The position numbers and the translations under genes were made by a program. The notes beneath the pieces were generated by a model. It searched no databases and was not told where the DNA came from. It saw only the letters and a list, made by a program, of their open reading frames with translations. From Promethearchaeota archaeon (GTDB lineage: Archaea > Asgardarchaeota > Lokiarchaeia > Sigyniarchaeales > SOKP01), in the NCBI GenBank assembly GCA_016839555.1, contig JAEOUA010000012.1, positions 160,001 through 224,000 on the forward strand: a DNA stretch of 64,000 nucleotides, in the 5' to 3' direction. Positions within the stretch are counted from its first letter, which is position 1. Every line of letters starts with the position of its first letter. Shown piece after piece: positions 31,345-41,181 of this stretch.

Positions 31345-31796
31345 AACCTAAAAAGTTAGTTTTAAAAAGAAAGTTTTAGCCTATTTTATAGACTTTTTCC
31401 TGTTTTTGCTTTTAAATTAAGACCCATTTCTATGATAATATAAATCTAGCTAATTTATTTGAACTTTCAAGTAAGTGAGAGAGAATGAAATAACCTTTAC
31501 TATAAATTGAATTAAACTGAATAATTTTTATAGATTCTTATTAATTATGACATTGGCATTAAATATGACTTATTAAATCAAAATTATTTCAAAACTGATA
31601 ATAATGAACAGATATGATCATTTACTAAATTAATCCTCACAAATTAATCCTAACTTTCAAAAAGCTATAAAAATTATTCAAGAATTGAAATGATACAAAG
31701 TTTAAAATATTTTGATTTCTCCACCCATTATGTTAATAGATATTCAACTATAAATAATTAATAAGATACTAAATTTAAAAAATAAAAAAATAGATA

Positions 31797-32009
31797 TTAA
31801 TCTTTTGCTATCATGACGCTAGTAGCTTTTATAACCGCGTAGGCTTTTACTCCCTCTTTTAGCCCTAATCGCTCTGCAGAGTTCTTTGTAATTATTGAGG
31901 TAATTTCTATTCCTCCAGGGAGTTCAATTGTTATCTCTGAATTGACCGCTCCATGAATTACTTTTTTAATTGTACCTTTTAATTGATTTCGAGCACTCCA
32001 TTCTTTCAT
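31797..32009 (-). CDS. Molybdenum-binding TOBE/Mop (molbindin) protein
   Basis: SARNQLKG, GAVNSE, TSIIT and AVIKATSV signature. Confidence 0.92.
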   Translation of the reverse strand: MKEWSARNQLKGTIKKVIHGAVNSEITIELPGGIEITSIITKNSAERLGLKEGVKAYAVIKATSVMIAKD

Positions 32010-32097
32010 ATTAATTAGAAAGTTATATGCACTTTTAACAATTTTGATTAGAATTTATAAATTTTTAAGAGCTTTTAGTTATAATTCTTTTTATTAT

Positions 32098-32508
32098 CTA
32101 TGTTCTGAGAATTTCAGGTACTATTGCATTATTCGGGCAATTCTTAAAACATTTTAAGCAATTAAAGCAATTTTTTAAATCTTTATCATCAAAGATTATT
32201 TTCTTCTTTTCTTTTTCAAAAAAATATCGGTTTTGAAAACAAAAATCTTCTTTAGTACATTCTAAGCATAAAGTGCACTTTTCAATATCTATTGTAAATC
32301 CCGTTAATTCTCCTTCCTCTAAGGATATTACCTCAATTGCTCCGTGTTCACATACTTCAACACATTTCAAACATCCTTGACATTTATTATAATCTACATA
32401 TCGCATGGAATTTCGCCAAAATATTGCCTTTGGTGGACAAGAATATTGACATTTTTGGCAGCGTTTACAGAGTTGAGGATTAATGCTGATAGGAAAAAGT
32501 TTTTCCAT
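32098..32508 (-). CDS. Polyferredoxin (four 4Fe-4S motifs)
   Basis: Four CxxCxxC(x3-5)C motifs. Confidence 0.88.
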   Translation of the reverse strand: MEKLFPISINPQLCKRCQKCQYSCPPKAIFWRNSMRYVDYNKCQGCLKCVEVCEHGAIEVISLEEGELTGFTIDIEKCTLCLECTKEDFCFQNRYFFEKEKKKIIFDDKDLKNCFNCLKCFKNCPNNAIVPEILRT

Positions 32509-32598
32509 ATTTTAGAAATAGAATTCAAATTATTTTCTAAGAATTATTATTCAAAAAAATAAGCAAAATAAAAAGATAATTCTTTTACAATGAAAGAT

Positions 32599-35223
32599 TT
32601 AATCAAATTTTGTTTTATTTTTAGTGGCAAAATAGACGAATAAAGAAATACAAAACATTGGAAGCACTCCAACAAATAGTAGTAAATAAAGTATTGCGAA
32701 TAGTTCTTCCGTAAACCAGACATTTAAAAATAATTGACCAACAGAATCCACTAAATAATGAAGTATGATGGAAGGATACAAGCTTTGAGTCCTTAAAAAC
32801 ATATATGCAAAAGCAAATCCTAAACAAGCGGCATAAAATAATTGTAATAAAGTATATAAAGGATTTCCTCCAAATAATACGATAATAAAATTGGCAGAAT
32901 GAGCTAATCCGAAGGCGATACCACTAATTAGGATAATGCTTCTTTTTGTATATTTTCGTTCCAGATTTGGAATAATTACTCCACGAAAGGCAACTTCTTC
33001 CCAAATTCCGGGAACAAGCATCGTTATAAACAAAAACCACCCTAAAGTAAAATAACTAGGATTGCTAAATAATATTTCTGGAACAAATTCAAAATTCCCT
33101 AATAAAATTCCTCCTAATAATATAATTCCGCTAAATATAATAAAAGAGACAACCCCAATTAATACATTTTTTACAATCTTTTTACCTCTTCCTAGACCAA
33201 TATTATTCAAATATTCAGAAAATTTTTGATTTTTGAAAGGTAGGTTTAATCCAAAAGGAACAATATAAAACAAGAGAAACGCTAAAAATCCAAACAAAAA
33301 AGCAAAATCGATGAATAAAATTGCTATGTATGGCAATTTTTCAAGAAATGGAATTAATATCAACAATTCGGGGAATTCCGGTATAAATAGAAATATCACA
33401 TATAATACTAACATAACTATTACTCCTAATATAGGAGTTTCCCTTAAAGCCCCTCCAGTTTTGTATTCACGCATTTTTTCTGGTTTTGGGAACATTCTAT
33501 TGAAAGTATACCAGCAAATCAATGTTCCAAATATTCCAACAATAAGCGTGATCAGCATTATTAGCGAGAGATCTCCTAAAATAAATGCCAATATAATCAT
33601 AAAAAAGAAGAAAATCACAAATAATCCTGCTTCAATTCCAACAATTAAAGCCCATTTTAAGATTTTTTTCTGTTTGTAAACTTCTTCAACGACATATTTA
33701 TATTTCATTTTTCCAAACAATCTAACCTTCAATATAAATATTAATAGCAGAAAAAACCATGAAAAAGGAATAGATGCTAATAGTAGCAGGAAAATAAACC
33801 ACTCCTGTGTAATGAAAACAATAATTAGCGGGGCGATGAGAAAGGATAGCGTTTGAATTATCACCATCAAAATTAATTTTGCTTTTGCCTGTTCTCTCGG
33901 TATTAAAGGTAAAGATGCGAGTATAGTTGCTCCACTCTCTTCCATATTAAGAAGTCCTGATGTAATAATGAAAGGAACATAAGTACATGTCGTCATGGAA
34001 AAAGTCCAAATCATTATTATTTCGAACTGTCCTATATTTGCTAAATCTATTCCTGCTAAAGTAGAGATAATTGTGATAACTGGTAAAACAATGGGCATTA
34101 ATAAAAACATGAAAGTCTGAATATCTCGCGAAGCTGTCGCCAAATCTTTACGGATAAATGAATTTATTGGGCTTTTTGTTTCGATTACCACCTCCATCTT
34201 TTCCTTCCTTTTTATCTCCTCTTCTTCGATTTTTTTTGTTGCTGATTCCGATGCAACCACAGATTTAAGAGATTTTTTTGCGATTTTATAAATCCCCCAA
34301 GAGAGCACTATAAATAAACTAAACCCAATTAAAGTTGTAATCCATAGTTCTAACGGAACTTGTTCTGAAGCAGACATGATTGAAACTAAAAAGGAGGGGG
34401 CAAAGGGATAGGGAATCAAACTAAAAATATAATTTAGTATAGAAATGTTTTCAAAAGAACTAAGTTGTTCAAAAAGAAACCAAATAGAACTAAATGCAAT
34501 TTGAATGATAAAACCTAATGAAAAAGCCATTATAAAATAACCTAACATCGTAAGCATTCTAATAATTGACTTTTTTTTAGACATCCTTTTTTGACCATAT
34601 AAGATCCTCGCCATTTGTTCACTTAAGAAAATAAGAATACTAAAGCTAAATATTACGTTTGGAATGGAAGTTGCCGCGCATACGAGTGCTAATATAATGT
34701 TTTGAGTAGCTATTCCCATTATTAATGGAAATGCAACTGCCAATGCTATTAATGGAAAATCTAAACTTTTAAATACTGTCATAAATCCTAATTTTTTTAA
34801 TTTCTCTTCAGAAATGGGAAGAGTTTGGAGCCATTGAAAAGAACTACCTGACATATACGAACTTACATTAAGAATGCCTAATAACAGGAGATATAAAAAC
34901 ATTAATCCAAAATATATTGAAAATAAGATAGACCCCGTAAAGATTATTGGTTCAATAGGGGGGCTATTCCCTAAATAAGAACCTGCTAAGATATTCCTAA
35001 TTTCAAAATAAGTTAAAAGCGGAAATATTGGAAGAAAAGAAAATACAAACGCATAGACCACTTTCATTGCAACGACACTATATTTAATATTTTTACTATG
35101 TTTTTCTAAGCTCTCTAAATATCTTTCTTGTCTAGAACCTGCCGATTGAATCTGTCCCTCTAAAAATACTTCATAATTTATTATCTTAGCAATAGAATAT
35201 AATTTTAAACTTTCCTTCAACAT
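32599..35223 (-). CDS. ABC exporter permease fused to a C-terminal CPBP (Abi/CAAX) intramembrane protease
   Basis: Two permease-like halves (LQTLPIS; RKDL..ASRD; LASLPL) followed by WEEVAFRG, FGLAH and HYLVD CPBP motifs. Confidence 0.8.
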   Translation of the reverse strand: MLKESLKLYSIAKIINYEVFLEGQIQSAGSRQERYLESLEKHSKNIKYSVVAMKVVYAFVFSFLPIFPLLTYFEIRNILAGSYLGNSPPIEPIIFTGSILFSIYFGLMFLYLLLLGILNVSSYMSGSSFQWLQTLPISEEKLKKLGFMTVFKSLDFPLIALAVAFPLIMGIATQNIILALVCAATSIPNVIFSFSILIFLSEQMARILYGQKRMSKKKSIIRMLTMLGYFIMAFSLGFIIQIAFSSIWFLFEQLSSFENISILNYIFSLIPYPFAPSFLVSIMSASEQVPLELWITTLIGFSLFIVLSWGIYKIAKKSLKSVVASESATKKIEEEEIKRKEKMEVVIETKSPINSFIRKDLATASRDIQTFMFLLMPIVLPVITIISTLAGIDLANIGQFEIIMIWTFSMTTCTYVPFIITSGLLNMEESGATILASLPLIPREQAKAKLILMVIIQTLSFLIAPLIIVFITQEWFIFLLLLASIPFSWFFLLLIFILKVRLFGKMKYKYVVEEVYKQKKILKWALIVGIEAGLFVIFFFFMIILAFILGDLSLIMLITLIVGIFGTLICWYTFNRMFPKPEKMREYKTGGALRETPILGVIVMLVLYVIFLFIPEFPELLILIPFLEKLPYIAILFIDFAFLFGFLAFLLFYIVPFGLNLPFKNQKFSEYLNNIGLGRGKKIVKNVLIGVVSFIIFSGIILLGGILLGNFEFVPEILFSNPSYFTLGWFLFITMLVPGIWEEVAFRGVIIPNLERKYTKRSIILISGIAFGLAHSANFIIVLFGGNPLYTLLQLFYAACLGFAFAYMFLRTQSLYPSIILHYLVDSVGQLFLNVWFTEELFAILYLLLFVGVLPMFCISLFVYFATKNKTKFD

Positions 35224-35230
35224 TCCTTTC

Positions 35231-36043
35231 TCACATCAGCTTCTTTTTATTTTTAAAGCTATCCCTTAATTTCTTTACAATTTCATTCACAGAAGTATCT
35301 TGTTCAGTTAAGCGTAAAAATACATCTTCTAAACTGGCCCCAAGTTTATTTGCTTGCTGTCTTAACTCATCTAACCTTCCTATACCCACCATTTTTCCTT
35401 TATTTATTATACCTATTCTATCACACATATCCTCTGCGATTTCCATGATATGAGTTGAAAATAATACAGATCCCCCATTTTCTAAATGTAATTCTATAAT
35501 TTCTCTCATCACTCTTACTGATTTTGCATCCAATCCAGCCAGAGGCTCATCAAGAATTAATAATTGAGGATCATGGAGTATAGCAGCAATAATTTGCAAT
35601 TTTTGTTTATTTCCATGAGACAATGTCGCAATCATTTGATCATAATATTCAAGTGCCTCAAAACTTTCGAGATATTCTTTTGCTCTTGCTTGTATTACAT
35701 CTTCATCTAATTCTCTAATAGAGGCAATAAAATTAAATAAATCTTGGGGGGTCAAAGACTTATAAATAAGTGGGTCCTCTGCTACATATCCTACTCTCTC
35801 TTTAATTTGAACATCTTGGCGTTCAGGATTCAATCCAAATATTTCCATTTCTCCGTCATTTGGTTCTAAGAGTCCAAGTAGTAATTTTATGGTGGTTGTT
35901 TTTCCAGCACCATTAGGTCCCAATAGACCGAATACTTCTCCTTCTCTTACATCGAAGGATATTCCATCCACAGCCTTAACCGTTTCAAAATATTTTTTTA
36001 AATTTCTAACCTTAATGACTACTTTATCTGTTTTATTTGACAT
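35231..36043 (-). CDS. ABC transporter ATP-binding protein
   Basis: GPNGAGKTT, LSHGNKQK signature, LLILDEP, STH. Confidence 0.95.
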   Translation of the reverse strand: MSNKTDKVVIKVRNLKKYFETVKAVDGISFDVREGEVFGLLGPNGAGKTTTIKLLLGLLEPNDGEMEIFGLNPERQDVQIKERVGYVAEDPLIYKSLTPQDLFNFIASIRELDEDVIQARAKEYLESFEALEYYDQMIATLSHGNKQKLQIIAAILHDPQLLILDEPLAGLDAKSVRVMREIIELHLENGGSVLFSTHIMEIAEDMCDRIGIINKGKMVGIGRLDELRQQANKLGASLEDVFLRLTEQDTSVNEIVKKLRDSFKNKKKLM

Positions 36044-36341
36044 GTTTATACTTTTATCATTTTTTTTATATTGTTGTTTAAATATTACATGTAAAATATA
36101 TTCAACATTATTATTTAAATCTTTGGATTTTATATAAATTAATAATTATTCAATTGATTTGATATTTAATATAAATTTTACATTACAAGAGTGTTTAATA
36201 AAAAATTAAAATATATTCTATATTATGACTTTGTATAGTTTATTTTACAAGCAATAATTATACTAAATTCTATTAAAATAATAATTTTTTACATAATATA
36301 AAAAATTTATTTTTTAATTAGGGCATCAAGAATTAAAGAAC

Positions 36342-37283
36342 TTACTTTTGTCTCATAATTAAAATAATTGATACGATTACAATAATTGTTCCAATAAAAT
36401 GAAAAATTGTAAATAATTCTCCTAGAATTAATGTTGCAAAAATAGCAGTTACGATTGGTGTTGGGGATACAATGATACTCGCCTTCGAAACATTCAAATA
36501 TTTTAATGTATTATACCAAAAATATAAGCCCACTCCATAGGTGGCTCCCATTAAAAAACCCCAGAAAATGACAACGGGATTACTAAGTAAACCAATTACT
36601 TCTAAGGGAAAAATAACAATAAATATCACAAATAAAATAATTGCTCCAATTATATTTCTTATAAATACAATTTGGGACGGAAAACCTTCATTTTTATCAA
36701 AAATAGGTTTTGTAAGAGTATGTGCTAACATCCAGATGGACGCTAATATGAATAAAATGATCACACCTATATTTAATTCTAATAAATTAAAAGTACCTTC
36801 CGTGACAGCTAAAATGAGCCCAAAAAATAGGGTTATAGAAAAAATTATTTGAATTTTCGTAATTTTTTCTTTTAAGATAAGAAAACCGAATAGCAATGAA
36901 AAAAAAATGGTAGATTTTTGAGCTAAGGAACCATTTATTGATCCTGCTAAACTATAACCTAAAAAGAATAGAATTTGACCGGCCCCGAAAGTAATTCCTA
37001 CATATAATAGACGCAATTTATTCTTTTTATACCCATATATATATGAATCAAGTTCATTTTGAGTAATGAGATTTCTCTCATATCTGGTTTTATACTTTTT
37101 TCTCTGAAGCAACATAATTGGAAAAAAAATGAGAGCTTCGAAAAATAGAGTTAAAATCGAATAAATATAGGGATCTATAAATTCAGGTCGAGCATTGGCA
37201 ACTATAGGTTGTAATCCAATTAAAAGCGTTGCAATAATTCCGAAGATCAATCCTTTGCGTAAATTTTCCTTTTTCTTCTCCAA
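36342..37283 (-). CDS. DMT/EamA family transporter
   Basis: About 10 transmembrane helices, LILKEKI and ILGELFT repeat ends. Confidence 0.88.
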   Translation of the reverse strand: MEKKKENLRKGLIFGIIATLLIGLQPIVANARPEFIDPYIYSILTLFFEALIFFPIMLLQRKKYKTRYERNLITQNELDSYIYGYKKNKLRLLYVGITFGAGQILFFLGYSLAGSINGSLAQKSTIFFSLLFGFLILKEKITKIQIIFSITLFFGLILAVTEGTFNLLELNIGVIILFILASIWMLAHTLTKPIFDKNEGFPSQIVFIRNIIGAIILFVIFIVIFPLEVIGLLSNPVVIFWGFLMGATYGVGLYFWYNTLKYLNVSKASIIVSPTPIVTAIFATLILGELFTIFHFIGTIIVIVSIILIMRQK

Positions 37284-37372
37284 GATATAAATGAAAATTC
37301 TAAAAGAATTAAAAAGATTTAGAAAAAACTAAAAAAAAAGAATAATTTAATATTTTTCAATTTGTTCCAGTA

Positions 37373-37558
37373 TTAAATTCCAGTTATCAGCGCACCTAAA
37401 AATATTAAAAGCCAGGCAATTATTATTAAAATTAAACCAATAATAGTCAAATATGAGTCCCCAACTCCCAAAAATGGCATAACTGCAAGAATAATTCCCA
37501 CGATGACTAAAACAATGGAGATAATTACGGTTATACTTTTTGGGGCCTGTGTTTGCAC
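37373..37558 (-). CDS. Small two-helix membrane protein
   Basis: Two hydrophobic helices; GTG start with AGGGTGA SD. Confidence 0.65.
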   Translation of the reverse strand: MQTQAPKSITVIISIVLVIVGIILAVMPFLGVGDSYLTIIGLILIIIAWLLIFLGALITGI

Positions 37559-38039
37559 GATTTATTCACCCTTATAATATATTTTTTTATTATATAAATT
37601 GGTTATATTATCAATTATTTTATTGTTATTTAAATATTTCTTTAAATGAGTTATTCTCTGTTCTAATAAGTGTTGTATCTTAAAGAAATAAAATTTTCAT
37701 TGAATGAATAGAAGAAACAAAAATTTTAAACATATTTATCATTTTTAATCAGATAATTTTATCTAAATTCGGTTATTTATCCGTAGATGGAAACGGATAA
37801 TATTTAAATCAATATCATGCTCAGAATCCTTTACTAAAAATTATCGTTTATTTAATTATTTCATGATTTTATTAGCAATGATTTCACATTATAATTTAAA
37901 AAATATATAATTCAATATTTTTAGGATTAGATAAAGAATACAATAATTGTATAATTTTTTTCAAAAATCATTCAATTCATAAAAAATATTTGAAAGCAAT
38001 CTTTTTTATAGGTAATACTATTACCCGAGATAACTTAGT

Positions 38040-39380
38040 ATGCCTAATAAGTTTTCAAGAGATCCGATAAAAGGTATGGATGATTTTTTCCCTTCGGATT
38101 TGCGAGTGGTTAATTATATATGCGATACATTAAGAAAAATTTCAGAATTATATTCTTATGAAGAATATGATGTCCCTTTGCTCGAACCTATCGAAATTTA
38201 TGAAGCGAAAACTTCAACGGAACTTGTGAATGAACAATCGTTTATAATTAAAAGAAAACAAGGAGAAAAGCTAATTTTAAGACCTGAAATTACACCCTCC
38301 ATGGCACGAATGATCGCTAAAAAAAATCAGGAATTAAAAAAACCAATACGCTGGTATTCTATACCGAAATGCTATAGGCGTGAAGAGCCCCAAAAAGGGA
38401 GAAGGAGGGAGTTCCTTCAATATAACGTAGATATCTTGGGAGAGGACTCACTTTATGCAGAATTAGAGATATTTAATATTATTGTGGATATATTGAGCAG
38501 TTTTGGGGCTACTTCTGATCAATTTCAGATTTACTATAATAATAGAAGATTTATTGACGCATTCTGCAATATTATTCTTGAGCTTCCAGAAGAGAAAAAC
38601 CCCCTAATATATAAGGTTTTAGATAAGTCAGATAAAATGGAGGATTCAGAATTCGAAAAATATGTGATTGATACGTTTCAAAATGAAGTTGCAATTCAAG
38701 GGATATTCAATTTAAAAGATGCCAATGATTTAGAAGAACTTCTTGAAAAATTTGATAACATCCCCGATAAATTTTATGAGAGTCGAGGTTATCAAGAATT
38801 AATACAATTAGAGGGCTTGATTGAAAAGTCTTCGTTCTCAGAATACTGTTCCTTCTCATCAGGAATTGTAAGAGGGCTGGATTATTATACGGGTACCGTT
38901 TTTGAAGTTTTTGACACTGGCAGAGAGAATATTAGGGCAATTTTTGGAGGTGGAAGGTATGATGATCTTCTTTCTATTTTTTCTGATGAACAACTGTCTG
39001 GTATAGGATTTGGAATGGGCGTGTTGATGTTAGAACTTTTCCTTCGAACCTATGATTTAATACCTCAAGAAATAAGTGAAGCAGACTATTCTGAGGTCAT
39101 TTATCTTGCTACAATCGGTGATGAGGTTGCTCCATATGTATTTAAAGTTGCGAACATAATTAGAAATGCAGGCTATTCGTGTATAATAGATTATAGATTT
39201 GACAATTTGGGTAATCAATTAAGTAAGGCAAACGATTTAGGAAATAAAATTAGTTTAATTATCGGCCCTAATGAAATGGAACAAAATAAAATCACTATCA
39301 AAAATATGATTTCGGAGGAACAAGAAACCATAGGACTTGATACACTGGTTAATATTCTTGATGATCTTTTAAAAAGTTAA
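38040..39380 (+). CDS. hisS: Histidine--tRNA ligase
   Basis: KGMDDF, LRPEIT, RREEPQKGRRREF, VRGLDYYTG, GGGRYD, GFGMG. Confidence 0.97.
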   Translation: MPNKFSRDPIKGMDDFFPSDLRVVNYICDTLRKISELYSYEEYDVPLLEPIEIYEAKTSTELVNEQSFIIKRKQGEKLILRPEITPSMARMIAKKNQELKKPIRWYSIPKCYRREEPQKGRRREFLQYNVDILGEDSLYAELEIFNIIVDILSSFGATSDQFQIYYNNRRFIDAFCNIILELPEEKNPLIYKVLDKSDKMEDSEFEKYVIDTFQNEVAIQGIFNLKDANDLEELLEKFDNIPDKFYESRGYQELIQLEGLIEKSSFSEYCSFSSGIVRGLDYYTGTVFEVFDTGRENIRAIFGGGRYDDLLSIFSDEQLSGIGFGMGVLMLELFLRTYDLIPQEISEADYSEVIYLATIGDEVAPYVFKVANIIRNAGYSCIIDYRFDNLGNQLSKANDLGNKISLIIGPNEMEQNKITIKNMISEEQETIGLDTLVNILDDLLKS

Positions 39381-39435
39381 AAGAAAAGACTAGATAATAA
39401 AATATATTAGAATTTAATCAAAAGAAGTAGAAAAG

Positions 39436-39984
39436 ATGGATTTTGTCCCAAAAAAAGTTTTTTTCGTCCAAGGAACTGGTTATCATAAATCAGAATTAGG
39501 ATCGTTCGAACAAGCCTTAAGAGATGCGGGAATCGAAAGATTTAATTTAGTTAGAGTATCCTCTATTCTCCCTCCTAATTGTTTAGAAATTCCCAAAACG
39601 GATGGGTTAGCTCAACTTAAAGCAGGCCAAATTGTCCACACTGTGATGAGTAAGATAAGTAGTAATGAATTCAATTGTTTTTTGTATGCTTCAATAGGAA
39701 TTGCAAAACAAAAAGATAAGAAAGCTTATGGATATCTAAGCGAATATCGTTTCTCTGGAGTAAATGAGAAAAGGTCTGGTGAAATTGCTGAGGATTTAGC
39801 GACTGAGATGTTAGCATCCACATTAGGGATTCAATTTGGCCTTGGAGTGGATTATGATAAAAATAAAGAAATGTATAAATTAGAGGGGAAAATAATAGAA
39901 ACTAAAAATATTACAGAAACAGCCACTGTTAAAAAAGATGGAGAATGGTGCACAGTCTTGGCGGCAGCTGTTTTTATTTTATAA
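39436..39984 (+). CDS. pdaD: Pyruvoyl-dependent arginine decarboxylase
   Basis: SFEQALRDAGI, NLVRVSSILP (Ser-Ser autocleavage site), YGYLSE, AAAVF. Confidence 0.92.
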   Translation: MDFVPKKVFFVQGTGYHKSELGSFEQALRDAGIERFNLVRVSSILPPNCLEIPKTDGLAQLKAGQIVHTVMSKISSNEFNCFLYASIGIAKQKDKKAYGYLSEYRFSGVNEKRSGEIAEDLATEMLASTLGIQFGLGVDYDKNKEMYKLEGKIIETKNITETATVKKDGEWCTVLAAAVFIL

Positions 39985-40051
39985 GTCGCCGAAAAAGTTT
40001 TATAAACGTGCTTCCATTATATTAAAAAATAACTTTCATTTTTTAATTAAT

Positions 40052-40978
40052 ATGCTTTTTGTCAAAAAATTAATCGAATCTATTAAGGATAAAAAAAGTA
40101 CTATTTGCATGGGGCTCGACCCTCGTATGGATAGGGAACTATATATCCCTAAATTTGTTATTGATCAATATAATAATCCTAATGATATCATATTTGAATT
40201 TAATAAAAGATTAATTGATATAGCAAGCGAAATTATTCCGATAATTAAACCTAATATTGCATTTTACGAAAAATATGATGCTTTAAATGCATTAAAAAAC
40301 ACAATAAAATACGCTCACAAAAAAGACTTATTAGTCCTTTTAGATGCAAAAAGAAATGATATTAGTTCCACTTCTGAGGCTTATGCATACGCCAATTTTG
40401 AAGTGTATGGTGCTGATGCGTGTACGGTGAATGCATATTTTGGTATTGATGGGATAAACCCTTTTCTTCAGTATAAAAATAAAGGTACATTTATTTTAGT
40501 GAAGACATCCAATCCCAGCAGCATAGAATTCCAAGATCTATTCAGTTTTAAGTTCGAAACTAAACAAAAATCAAAAATTCGAAAGGATGATATTCCAAAT
40601 TCTATGATATTTAAAAGAAATTACATAAGAATGGCAGAATTGGTTAAAAAATGGGGCGAGGATTTAGAAATATTTCAAAATTATCATAATTTAGGAGTGG
40701 TTGTAGGCGCAACATATCCCAATGAATTAAAGAAAATAAGAACCATTGTAAAAAATTCATATATATTAATTCCTGGTTATGGGGCACAGAGAGCAACGGT
40801 AAAAGATATAAAATATGGATTTGATGAAAATGGATTAGGTGCGATTGTTAATAGTTCAAGAAATATTATTTATGCTTATACACAGAAAAAAGATTACCCC
40901 CCAGAAAAATTTGATGAAGCTGCTAAAGAAAAAATCCAGCAAATGAATATTCTAATAAACAAAGAAATCAAACTTTGA
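40052..40978 (+). CDS. pyrF: Orotidine 5'-phosphate decarboxylase
   Basis: CMGLDP, KPNIAFYE, DAKRNDI, VKTSNP, VVGAT, PGYGAQ, NSSR; start moved to the ATG at 40052 to avoid overlap with pdaD. Confidence 0.93.
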   Translation: MLFVKKLIESIKDKKSTICMGLDPRMDRELYIPKFVIDQYNNPNDIIFEFNKRLIDIASEIIPIIKPNIAFYEKYDALNALKNTIKYAHKKDLLVLLDAKRNDISSTSEAYAYANFEVYGADACTVNAYFGIDGINPFLQYKNKGTFILVKTSNPSSIEFQDLFSFKFETKQKSKIRKDDIPNSMIFKRNYIRMAELVKKWGEDLEIFQNYHNLGVVVGATYPNELKKIRTIVKNSYILIPGYGAQRATVKDIKYGFDENGLGAIVNSSRNIIYAYTQKKDYPPEKFDEAAKEKIQQMNILINKEIKL

Positions 40979-41181
40979 AGATTTTATTAAAAATTTGAAT
41001 TTGGCAAGTAAGCATTTAAAATATATCTTATTATAAACAAATAACAAATCTAAACTAATTGTTTTATTTAATTATAATAAAGATTATTTTGAATATGACA
41101 TATACAAAAATAAATATAATTAAGAACATCTTAGCAAGATAATAATATGATTAGGGTGATATAAGCAAAAAAGTGATAAAT

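Noticed and set aside
31627-31651. Direct repeat AAATTAATCCT x2 as a CRISPR or iteron
   Set aside because: Only two short AT-rich copies with no spacers and no cas genes; no CRISPR array was seen anywhere in the window.
39938-40051. N-terminal extension of pyrF
   Set aside because: It overlaps pdaD and reads as intergenic sequence; homology begins at the ATG at 40052.
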